Source: Bigelowiella natans CCMP2755 (taxonomy: Eukaryota; Protista; Cercozoa). Taken from it: a stretch of DNA of 64,000 nt. This document shows positions 52,561 to 64,000 of this stretch, piece after piece. The stretch covers positions 1-64,000 of the forward strand of contig ADNK01000035.1 in NCBI GenBank assembly GCA_000320545.1. The letters are read 5' to 3'. Both the position numbers and the translations under genes were made by a program. Position 1 is the first letter of the stretch; each line of letters begins with the position of its first letter. The notes under the pieces are model-generated. The model had not been told where the DNA came from. It did no database searches and saw only the letters and a program-made list of their open reading frames with translations.

Positions 52561-54153
52561 TTATGTATTTGTTCTTTGGTTTCTACTTTGCTGAAGCTGT
52601 TTTCGTTTCAGATTGATCTCTTTCAGAATATCTTTTGAGTAATCAGTTTGTGGATGACGGAAATTTTTTTCAGGTAATTTAGAGCGCTTCTTGATTTTTT
52701 TTACCAGCCTGACCTCGACGAGAGAATCAAGGTTCGTCGTTGCTTTGCAAGAATCAGATAGACGGTGGTACGTAATTTCTTCAAGTTTAGGATTATAGCT
52801 TATTACTTTACATTCCTGTAATAAATTCAGGGCTGAATGAATTGTTTCTGAGAAAGAACGACATGAAAACGATTTAACATATTTAAAAGATTACATACCT
52901 CTAATTTGGAAGTGACTGGTGTCCAATTGATGAGCTCTACGACACTGATTGCATAAATATCTCCAGGGGAAGGATACAAAGAATTTCCACTTAAATCGAT
53001 GAACCCGCTGGACTTTTCCCTCGCTACTTTAAGCTCAGGATACCTGGTTAAATAATACATTTTTCTGGGATTAAGACATACTTTTACTCCAAAATGTAAG
53101 CTACCGAGAATAGTCAGCTGCCGGTGGGCATTTAGAGCCTTCTTCACACTGTAAACCAACATACTTCAAATGCCTAGTACAGAAATTAAAAAAAAAAATC
53201 TTCAGTATAATCACATATCGAAAACGTTGCGTTTGTGAATATATCACCGGGGGGCGTAGAAGTTATTTCCAAACTTTTCACGACCCTGTAACATCTCTGC
53301 TTTCATAGCTTCTACATCTTTCGGAACCCAGATTTGTCCCGACGCCTCAGGTGAAATTTGGACACCATCCTTGTCACTGCCTATGGTGGTGTTTACTGTA
53401 GCGTCATTGTGTGTTTTATTATTGTAGAATTCGAACGTGGTAAATATGTAATACTTGCGTCGATGGAAATCCCTGGAGAGACTCGTTGGTTCTTGTCTGA
53501 TGAAGTATCATCCCTGAAACGATATTGATCTTCGAGTATTCTTCGCTGTTTTTGTTTGTGAGGGGTCCATAACGTAGAAAGCTGCGACCAGCATACAACA
53601 CATCATTATTGCGATAATCATCATTTCAAAGCTGTAAAGTTATTATCTACCGCATTTTGCCTAAGCTGAGAACTTCCTCCTCCTGCCTTTTCTACTGCCA
53701 CCATATTTCCCTTCTCATCCTCTTCAAATAGGAAATGTCCAGAGCCAACAACCTGAGCGTTCCCTCCTTTTTTCAAATTTGCAGCTGGTTTTTCCCTGCT
53801 TTGCGGGTCGAGACTCGAAGCGATTTCGTCAATCATATGCCCGTGATTTGAACTTTTCCTCATATGGTTACACCTTACATCGGTCAATTTAGAAGTTGGA
53901 CGAATTGGAGCGTCGTCGCTTCCGGGCATTTCATTATTAAAATTTGCTTTATTTCTTTTCTGGCCTTTTCTTCTGCGTTTTACTGACATTTTTGCTTGAT
54001 CTGCCACAGATAAGCAAGCATCTCCAGACGTAGATTCGCTTCCTTTCCTGTATGTAATCACGCGTAACAAGAAGTAAAATAGCGTCTTCACACCTGTTTA
54101 ATCTCGAGAAAACTACGACTCAATGAAATAGAAATGCAGGTGATCCATCTATC

Positions 54154-54196
<43 letters not shown>

Positions 54197-55260
54197 ACAA
54201 AGACAGAAGCATCAAAATTATTCAGGGTAAATAGCAGATCTCACCGCATTTTGGCGAAGGCGTCAGCCTTAGTGGCTGGTAGAGGGGGTAATCCATCATC
54301 ATTTGTGTCCAGTTGATCAGTTTCCTTTCCCTCTGATTCATTGCACGGACTCTCAATGCCCTCAATTTTCATATCAACATTATCCTTTGAATCAACCAAG
54401 TCTTTCCTCCGTCTATTGTTTTTCTTTCGCTTCTTTTTCATTGGCTTGTTCGGAATGGTTGCCTCATCTCTTTCATGTTTGCCATGCCTTCCTAAACTTT
54501 TAGCGGATACGTCCTGTTTTCGAATTTGCTTCGGACTACTGTGCTTGCTTTCTGTATTATTCGAGCTTGAGATTATTTGGTCCTTCGCTTCATCTTTCTT
54601 CCGTTTTTTTTTCCTTTTCTTCTTCTTCTTCTTTTTCTTCTCTTTCCCAGAACTATCATTGTCACCAGTCTGCCCTAAATCATTCTCTGATCTTGGCAGT
54701 GAGTCCTTCGAAAAATATTGGTTCAGCATCAATTTAATGATAATAAAGGGGGGGGCTATGAACAAACTACCTCGAGGTTCTTCGAAATAGATACTACCAT
54801 CATATCTCCATCTCTCAGTAATCTCACATCAGAATCCGGGGGCATGTAAAAACCAGAGACAGAAATCTTTAGTCCATCGCCGTTCAGCACCTTCTCGAGA
54901 CTGATTAAAAAGGAGTTCCACGAGATCAAACGGTGGGTAATGATGTAATCAATCCAGTGCGAGACTGCGTTTCAATATGGCTGAGACGACGTTGCACGCA
55001 ATTCATATTTTAGAAATTTATTTTCTATGTTGGTACAGAAACTGAATAGTTGTTTCAAACGATTGCATCGCTCGCAATAACAACCCGTAGGTGTCGGCCA
55101 GAGTATTACAGAAGTCTCGTATGGTTTGGGAGGACTGACTGGTATCTAATAGGTGCCAGCATCGAGGCCGATTTAGGGCAGTCGCAAATTGGATCCTGAG
55201 GCGGATAGCGCTTGCGTGTGGCTGCTTTGAGGAACTCATCGTGGTGAGTAGTTCCGCCAT
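52561..55260 (-). CDS. COIL: Coilin-like protein (Cajal body scaffold), multi-exon
   Basis: N-domain IRLRIQF..RCWHLL..TIRDF..YGL..SVSGFYMPPDSDVRLLRDGDMVV; Lys-rich middle; GHFLFEE; Tudor-like PSPGDIYAISVVELINWTPVTS|ECKVISYNP. Confidence 0.8.
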
Positions 55261-55340
55261 GACTACTACTACTCGATTTATAAAAGGGTGGCTTTGGTTA
55301 ACACCATTCTGCGCATCAAGGCGGCGCTCTGCAGGTATTA

Positions 55341-55449
55341 TTGTTCTGTTAATGTTGGGACAAAAATATGATACGAAATTATCTAAACAAATATTATGTG
55401 TTGTTCTGTTAATGTTGGGACAAAAATATGATACGAAATTATCTAAACA
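55341..55449. repeat. 49-bp direct repeat with 60-bp period in the coilin/LPA3 divergent promoter
   Basis: ttgttctgttaatgttgggacaaaaatatgatacgaaattatctaaaca at 55341 and 55401. Confidence 0.95.
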
Positions 55450-55705
55450 TCTATGAAATTATAGACACACTGTCGGGGTGACGATACATGAATGTCGCAA
55501 GAGGAAAATAGCCCTAACAGCTCTTTATAGATTTATGTCGCAAGGAGAAAAGAGCCTATATTCCTGCAGAAGAATTCAATGGCTCCAAGGGCTGCGAACA
55601 CGTACCCTACCCAATTCGTTCTTTGTAGCAGCGCCTTCATTTTGTTTGATCTGTTTACCCGTTACAGAGTATGATATTGTTCTCTTTTGTTGTTGTATCG
55701 CTAGC

Positions 55706-57040
55706 ATGGCCCGAGGGATTGTGGTGACGATGTTACTAGCGAGTACGGTTGCTTTTATCATTCTTTTAGCCGAACGCAGAGGCTTCACCTCATCGTTGTC
55801 AAGATCACCGACCACCATTGTTCAGAGGTCCCGAATTCTACCAAAATGGGAAGCCGCTACCCTCACCCCGAACATTCATAGACAATTATCCTTCTCCCAC
55901 TCATCACCACGCTGCTTCAGCAGTACAAATGATGCTCCGGATGTGCAGAAACAAAGCAGTCAGTCCTCCACTTCCAGTAAGAAAGTAGAGAATATCAAGG
56001 CCCAGATGGAACGAGACATGATGCAAGAAAAGCCCAAACCAGTAGATGACACGAGGTTTAACCGAACTGCGGGCAGAGATCGCTACAATCCACAGACGTA
56101 TTTTGAGCTCGTGGCAGATGCGACAGAGGTTGGTTGCTGCTCTCTTTGCTTCTGCTATAAATAATCGCTTAGATATATACTAGATGTAGAATAGAAGACT
56201 TCATTTTGTACAAATACAGAGTCATGAGTTGATAATACCCTCTTATTTGCTTCAGGCAACGAAAGATGCGATGGCAGATGGCATCGAGCGAATTGAAGTT
56301 GAAATGGCAGCTTTGGGCCAGGAAACTTACAAGTAGTTCATTTCTCAATGAAATTATACACAGTAGACTTTTTGTGTGTAATAGCATCACTTCATATATT
56401 TCGTGTTCAACAAATCCCTAACATTTTCCCACGCTTGATTACAACATTTTGCATTTTTGACCAAAAAGATACCGAGCAGACACTTTCGTTGATGTAAACG
56501 CTGCGCTTGCTACAGCTTTGGGTGATTCATAAATCATAAATAAAATTTAATCACTGATGCTACAACGATAATTTATGATAGACTTTATGTTTCTCGGATA
56601 ATAAGAAATAATATCTTTAGTTTTGGTTGTGGTAAATGCATTGAATCTAAGGGAAAACAAATATAAATTATCAGGAGCCGGTATTGCCGGATCTGGAAAG
56701 CGTGTAAGGATTCTTCTTCCTGACCAAGCAGAGGTATCATTAGTGGTGTGGAATGAAAGACCATTCAGATATGCTAGAGGAACAATTGTTTGTTGCACCC
56801 ATGAATTTGCTTGAGTGATATCCGTTGTGTGTGCGCGTGTGTGCGTGTGTCCATACCCGTTTTGTAATAACCCTTTGTAATATACTACATGTGACAAATG
56901 CTGAATATGTAGAATGGTTTTTGCGTGTTTGCCTGCCTTTGTTTGCCTGCCTATTACAGCTGGCACGTCAGAACTTCATGCTTCAGAAGAATATGGGCAA
57001 GGTAGTAGCATGTTGATGGTAAAAATAATTTAGAAAATAT

Positions 57041-57079
<39 letters not shown>

Positions 57080-57349
57080 TATCCATCTGTCTTTTGATAG
57101 GAAAGTGAGGAAGGAAGTAATATTAGAAACAAGCTGCTTTAGAACTGATGACAGCATCATCCTTCAGAGAATGAGGGAGGAGATGGGGATTCTATCTAAT
57201 AAGCTCAATTTTGGTTGTCTAACAGAGGTACCACCTATCATAATATGCTACTTTCATATATACATAAAATATGTAATATTTGAAGAAGATGTCTCAAAGA
57301 GTGTAAAGATGTGGGTGCTTGTGTGTGCGTGAGAGAGAGAGATAGAGAT

Positions 57350-57391
<42 letters not shown>

Positions 57392-57636
57392 GGAGAGAGG
57401 GAGAAAGAGAATATTAGTTTGAGTAAATATAGCTTATGTAGCTTACTTTGGTTGATGAAGATTAAGTTCGAGGTAAGTAATAACTCGCACATATTTTATG
57501 TGTTGCAAAGGCTGCACCGAGTATCGATGAAAAAATTGGATCGGCTTTCTCTTCCCTCTTCGGAAGTAAATGTTGTATTTGTGTCGCAACTCAAAGTTCA
57601 GATACTGAACCTCATTCTGATAACTTATGTAGGATT

Positions 57637-57676
<40 letters not shown>

Positions 57677-59718
57677 CTAACTTCGAATTTTCCATTATCA
57701 TGATATTTATTCAAGGAGAAGCAACTGTACCCACTCCTCCCGAAAATCCTGAAGGTAGCGAAAATAATGATGATTAGTAGTAGTTTTTTACTGCAGAAAT
57801 GCTGCACCGAGTCACCTGTGTTTGGTACGATTATTATCGGTACTTCTTTTTATAATTTTTTGTGGGAGTCAAGGACCTAATATGTACTAACAAATCGAAT
57901 AAATCACACTGCTAATTTCAGTTATGTAAAATTAAAATGCTGCTTCCTTATTTTTAAGTCCACCATTTTCGTAACTTGTTTTTTCGCATAGATGTATTCA
58001 TCGTGGTCAACATTGGAGTCCTAGATCTTCCATTAGTCGAGACTTATTATGAAAACATTTTAAAGCCACAGGGAAGGTACAATGATAAAATTGGCAACAC
58101 AATAATCTAATATTTTTAGTCCTAGGATAGAGGTAGAGTATGAGAGGGGGGGGGCAATGTAGAAGAGGAGGAGGAGGAGGAGACTGTGATTGTATAGGTT
58201 GTCGTTGAGGTTTATTCTTCTTCTTCTTCTTCTTCTTCTTCCTCTTCTCGACGCAGTCTGCCACTTACTCTCGTTTATTCTGCTTACAATTATTTAGAAC
58301 GATGATAATGATGAATTGTGAGCTAGATACATTACGTGCCGATTTGGGCCTACCATCGTTCCCTTCCAAGGACCTTCACTATCGTTTTCTCAGGTGTTGG
58401 TTTGGTACTTGTGACAGCAATTGTGGTGTTCTATCAATATCCTAGCAGTTATTACAGATGTGTAATAGAGTATTTATAATTATTTACTGTTGATAGCCAT
58501 CCCAACTACTTTGTAAAACATTATAATTTTATGCAGTTTTTTCAAGCCAGCTTTCTTTCTCCGGAACCGAAACTATGCAAAGACACAGGCCACACCTCCC
58601 TACAACATTGATTACGCTGGTCATTCAAATATTTTTGAAGAAATTCCTGAGCTACGATTCGTAGAATATGATATGTGCTTTTGATACTCGAACATACATG
58701 AGACGAACAAATATCGTTCACGTGCTGGACATTAGATACGGAGGAGAAACGTAGATTTTATTTATACTTGCTTGCAGATATAGTGATTATGTAAATTACA
58801 TACATAAATTTGTGTATCATCTCCTTGTGTCTACTACAGGAAGTCTATTTCGAGATTATCCAGGGCCTTGGCAAGTGAGACACGAAATATTTGACTAAAA
58901 TAGAAGAAAATTGAATTTGCTGCTTGACTTACAAATATTCAGTATTAAAGTACATTTTTTTCATCAACGTCCACAGCAGGAAAAACTGTATGTGTGTTGT
59001 GCGTTAAGCACCGCGTGTTAATATTGAGCAGAGTTTGGCCGCAGAATTGAGAAGAGATGAAGCAGAATTAGTCTGATTGTTAATTTTTGGTCAATTGTTG
59101 TCACTGTCCAGGTGATGCTGAAGCTCGGCGACGGATCGTTGGCTTGTGTCGCGGAGCAGGAGTAAGCAGGATCTAGAGTTAGAGGGAAGTCGAAGGGCAA
59201 AGAGTAAAAAGGATCTAGATTTAGAGACAAGTAGAAGAAAGGGCAAAGAGCAATAATATGTGGAAGACAAAACGAAAAGGATAGAGACGATGTTTTTTTT
59301 TTACTCACAAATGTGCGGCGGATAATCGTTGATTTCACTTTCGATTTCGGTTCAACAGAAATCTACTACTTGACGATTAAGACCCTGTATCACATTCGAC
59401 ATCTTCATTGTAATTCTCTCTTATTCTTAGGAAACGATATTTTTTAAATGAAGCAAAATATAAAATGGCCGAGGCGCTAGGCATTGCTGAGGTATAGAGT
59501 ACGCATTTGTAGAGACGTATCCAAATTGACATTATCGATTATTTGAGTGCCAAATTCTCCATAATGAATTTGAAATTTTGATTTATCGTGTCCCATATGT
59601 GGTTTGTTGCATTTAGGAAAAGGGGTCTGTCATAGATTTCTTGCGTACTGGATATAAGGCTGGAACATGGTGGGAGGAGGCAGAAAGTCAAGAGTTGTCG
59701 AACCTTTGGAGAACATGA
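55706..59718 (+). CDS. LPA3: LPA3-like / DUF1995 plastid protein, multi-exon
   Basis: Bipartite leader, then [58 protein letters not shown]|[15 protein letters not shown] and [24 protein letters not shown], matching plant LPA3 motifs as I recall them. Confidence 0.9.
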
Positions 59719-59751
59719 TGCAGATTGGACAATAGACACAAAGTATTGATA

Positions 59752-59792
<41 letters not shown>

Positions 59793-59849
59793 ATACAACG
59801 TACATGACAAGATGACACAACGTATGTGATACAAATATGTATACATATA

Positions 59850-61370
59850 ATACACTGTGTCCATACCTTGGCAGCGGTGAGTTTTCAATGACGCATGATC
59901 CTGACGACGTCTAAACGAGACGCAACGTGACACATGTCTGTAATTTGACACATTCTTGCTACGCACGATGCGATGCATAGCGCATCGTAGCAGCACATTA
60001 TGTGAAGCGCGGGTTCTCAGTATTCATTACTAGATTGAAGTTACTAGTTTGTGTGTCGTACGACGACACACTAGAAGGCACACCAGAAAACAGAGCTAGA
60101 GAGGCACTTTCATCATGCGTGCGTACATGCTAGCATGTACACGCATGATGTAAGTCTAGAAGCATATGTGCCGTGATCTGCACCGCCCGCAATGTGTGCA
60201 ACGAGCACCTTGGTCGTGACCTGGCTGTGTTAATTGTCTACATAGCAATTGAAGAAGTGATGAGGCAAATGGCGACTGCTAGACTACTAGCTAGCTAGGC
60301 AGGGCGCACAAATCGAGCCAACTGCTAGTTGCGCTAGGCGTGGCATGGGGCTAGCTAGCTCTAGAGCTAGCGAGGGCTGCGAGGAGGTTGGAGTTCTTGA
60401 GAGGTTTGATACAGTTGAGGGCTCATGCATGCACAACTACCGATCTAGCGATGTCACACTGAAATCGCCTACAGCGTTCTGCTAGTCACGTGAGCATATC
60501 CTTCCTTTTTCTAGTTCTAGCTTTATTTGCTTGCTTTCCATGTAGCGCAACTGCAACGGGATGCATCTCGATCACCTGCATGTCGCTTGCCGCGCTCTAG
60601 CCATGGCTAGCATTAGCGCTACCAGTGCAATGTTGTCGCTGCCGCAGCTGCACGCGTTTATGCGTTGCAGACCCATGCAATATTACCCAATAAGTTGATG
60701 TCAGCACGCCTCGTCGCGTCCAACAGTGACATAATGTGCATGTTGTGTGCATCACAGACACAGTGACATCATGCGCACATGTCACACATGGGGCGGATGC
60801 AATGAATTGATCAAATCTTTTCAATGGTCATCCTGATGTAACTGTGCAAAGCAGCAGCTACGCAGCGCTGATGTTGCATCTGTTTGTCTCCGCTGCTGTG
60901 ATTGTTGTTTTTCATGAACAGCATGTGAAAGCAGCATCTGCATCGCCTCGATCGTTTGTGTCGTGCAGCACGCGCAGCATCCTCTAGTCCTGTGCAACGT
61001 CCACAATGTTGCATTGTGAGACAGATGTAATGAAGTGATTAAATCTTTTCAATGGTCATCTCAATGTATACGTAGCTATGCAGAGCAGCGGCAATGTTGC
61101 ATTGTCCATCATGCCATGCTGTCGATCTGCTAATGTTCATGTAGCGTCATAATGGCTAGCTAGCTAGCATGCCACACATGTACGCAGCTACATGCTAATA
61201 AGAGCGCCGAGCCTCATGGTGAAATGGTGCGATGTCTGTTGCGATTGCAACCCTGCCATTTGCCATCACAACTCCGTCAAATCCGAGGCAGGGCTTGAGC
61301 AACCCATGTTGTGTGCGTGCGCGCCGCGCCAGCTAGCCAGGCTAGCTAGCTAGTCAGCAGTGGAATCGAA
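59850..61370. other. Partly TpA-depleted, CTAG-rich tract with two copies of the dispersed repeat (60794-60945, 61017-61092)
   Basis: GCTAGCTAG runs and TGCA/CATG excess. The repeat copies align to 51971 onward. Confidence 0.8.
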
Positions 61371-61693
61371 GCGATATACCATTAGGACTTCTTTGAAATT
61401 CAAACACAAATCCCGTTTATTTCGAGAATTCAGCATGAAAATCCACTGCCCAAACTGCTACTTCGGGCCACAGTCTGGACATTATGTACATTCATGCACA
61501 TGTATCTAGGTATGGCGGATCGTGCATGCGGTAGTTATGCACGTAACTTTAATAGATCCCCATGATACTGCTCGAAATTATCTATGACAATGGTTGGTAG
61601 AAGTGTCCTCCCTGTCTTGTTGTGCTAAATTTAATCTCTATATATTGATCTCAGAAAAATCCACCTTCATCACACATTTTAATGTAAATGACA

Positions 61694-62955
61694 TTAGAAT
61701 TCTGCTGCATTATCAACTGCTGCTAATACGCCCTTGCGAATATTTCGAGCTTCCGGTCCACAACACAGATGAAGAGGTACCATAATAGTCGTAGTAAATA
61801 CACGGGTAAAAGCAAAAAAAGCGAAGTTTATAATGAAAGCAAGGTCTTTTATGTAGTCCAACCCGCCATATACTTGATATTCCTCAAATCCTCCTATTTC
61901 GAGCTCAAGATCTGAATTGCTAAGGTAGAACGTGTTTCTAGCTTTGACTCGTTGAGCGTTACATACGACCGAAGATTTAGTCAGAATTGTATCGCTATGA
62001 TCCCTTTTGAAAGTGGTTTGATTGCTATTAGTTTCGGGTGAAAGTGCGTAGACGTACTCAGAAAGACTACAAAACTGTTCCGCTTCTGGAGAATGATGGC
62101 GTGCGATTTCTTCCACCACAGGAGTGAACCTTGTATCTCCCTTTGGCATTAATGTTGTCAGAGGCATGAGTCTATAAAAACGCGACGTTAAGGAAACTCG
62201 TGTGAGGAGTCGAGAGTTAGCCCGAAGGTCGTCATGACCCAAAATCTCATCGCGATCCTCTTCTCGATTGTAGAAAGTAAAAAGAAAGTTAAAACATGTT
62301 GAAAAGTAAGAACTTCCAAGGACGTAATCATTGGCGGCCCAATCTATACGGAATTCTAATGTTGCAACAATATCATCGTTGCGCCTATTCGGAAGAATCC
62401 ACCACCTTAAAAAAATCCGAAAACAATATAAGAATGGTGGAAAATTAGGAAATGGTTAGCTGAAACTTACGGATCGATTGTCCAGCATCGTAGATAACCT
62501 CTTGCCCCAAGGCTGGAGGTGAAGTTGACATATTGAATTTGCTGAAAATAATTGTGGGAATTGAGGTACGTTACATTCGGTAACGGACAGGAGACCGGGC
62601 TGTACTCATTCAGTAACAATGAACTTGGACTTTGGCAGAATGTCATCTTAAAGTGTTGATATTCATCCCCTTCTTTGATTATGTTGAGTTTGTTTCGGAT
62701 CCCGCGCTGCCCAAGTTTCTGTGCATTATTGATGGCCACGAGTAATGTGAAACACAGCACTATGGTGCTAGTAATTACAAATAGCGCCCATTCCTTCCAG
62801 GAATTGATGTTATGGAGATTTTTCAATTTTTTAATCGCTCGAATTGGAAGACTTTCGCGTCTACTAATTGTAGGCGAGGGCCGTGGACTCTGCATTCGTG
62901 TTTGCAGTCTTATAGGTTCTCTTGCTTGCTTTTCATCAAGCTTATCATACGTCAT
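61694..62955 (-). CDS. Two-TM membrane protein with large Cys-containing loop (DEG/ENaC-like topology, tentative)
   Basis: TM1 WALFVITSTIVLCFTLLVAI followed by HFKMTFCQ; before TM2, EEYQVYGGLDYIKDLAFIINFAFFAF. Covers ORFs 62467-63000 and 61694-62242 plus a small middle exon. Confidence 0.55.
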
Positions 62956-63301
62956 GCTATCCCTTCTACCAGTATTTAGTGTCCCTAGAAACTCATTCAA
63001 TTCTATTCGTAATTGCTATTCAAGACCCAAGCTGTTGAACAACCAACTATGATCACAGATCCTTAATGCCACAGATAATCCTCATCATCATGACGATTGC
63101 AGCCATTTCCCGAGATTTGTTGTCTCATTCATTGACAGCTAAAACCCATGTCTCATGTGACAAAATGCCCAGCATTTTTGTGCCATCATTTGTCAATTTA
63201 ACTGCAAATTCTGGACGGAGTTCAACCCAAGTGAGGGAGGGTTGCCACATGGCTTCCCCTCGAAATCCGAATTCGCCGATGCGGCGCGCGATGTGGTGAT
63301 A

Positions 63302-64000
63302 GGCGGGGGTTTTCGGTCACCAGGGTGGCTTTTCCTCCCACCCATGAACCACATTCTCGTTCAGTGGTGGGACAGACAGACATGTCGCCCCAGCCACCGG
63401 TGACTCGGTTGCCAAGTTGAGGGTGTTTGGATGTCTGCACTCAAGATTCAAAGTTGCATCCGCCGGAGTGGTGATGGGCGGGGGGGTTTTTCGGTCACGA
63501 AGGTGGCTTTTCCCCTCATCCCTGAAACACATTCCTGTTCACCGGTGGGGGCCAGCCCGGTGACTTGGTTGCCAAACGAAGGATGTTCGGATTTGTGTCT
63601 GAGGTTCATCCCGGACGAATCCCGTCAGGATGAACGTGCCCTCCTCCAACTTTGTGCCATCCAGCACAGGCAATGTCTCCGCAAAAGCCGGGGACGTTGT
63701 GGTTGGCGTGAAGCTCGTGCTTCCGATTGCAAATTGATGGGGGCAATGCCTCCGCAAAAGCCGGGGATGTCGTGGTCAACGCGAAGCCTCGTCGTCCAAG
63801 CTGGCAAGTGGACCAAGCAGGAAGAATGTGTCCTCCACCAACTTCGTGCCATCCAGCAGGGGCAATGTCTCCGCAAAAGCCCGGGATGTTGTGGTTGGCA
63901 TGAAGCTTGTGCACCCAAGTGGACCACGAGGTCCGTGGGGTTGTTCGCTTGGGGTTTGAAGGTGTGGTGTTCTTGCTTGGCAATCTCCAAAAGTGAGAAA
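63302..64000. repeat. Internally repetitive, TpA-free tract (decayed coding repeat or mobile element, runs off the window)
   Basis: I found no TA dinucleotide in 699 bp. GGCAATGYCTCCGCAAAAGCCSGGGAYGTYGTGGT occurs at ~63669, 63742 and 63861, and a ~110-bp duplicate lies at ~63305 and ~63483. Confidence 0.85.

Overview
This window is gene-dense, intron-rich eukaryotic nuclear DNA. It probably comes from an alga with a secondary plastid: several genes carry bipartite signal+transit leaders, and a chlorarachniophyte such as Bigelowiella/Lotharella is my inference. I reconstructed about 15 genes by hand: J-domain protein(+), C2H2 ZnF(+), thylakoid FKBP(-), DBP2-like DEAD-box helicase(+), RsmG(-), TruD/PUS7(+), Zn-finger-ABC-ABC-GNAT fusion(-), type-11 methyltransferase(+), a ~3100-aa pseudo-protease/CUB/beta-helix/multi-TM protein(-), double RCC1(+), CS-domain protein(-), C2H2 ZnF(+), coilin(-), LPA3/DUF1995(+) and a 2-TM protein(-). 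Three observations stand out. (1) Kilobase-scale intergenic tracts have lost almost all TpA dinucleotides, and copies of one dispersed repeat differ mainly by TA->CA/TG changes, which looks like a 'reverse-RIP' hypermutation. (2) Fourteen consecutive genes alternate strand, and the mutated tracts and the repeat sit mostly in the tail-to-tail gaps. (3) A many-exon gene encodes a probably nuclear protein that fuses a C4HC3 zinc finger to two ABC ATPase domains and a phage-type (Mom-like) GNAT, making it a candidate DNA base-modifying enzyme. Any link between (1) and (3) is a hypothesis only. Exon boundaries were inferred by eye, and some gene ends are approximate.
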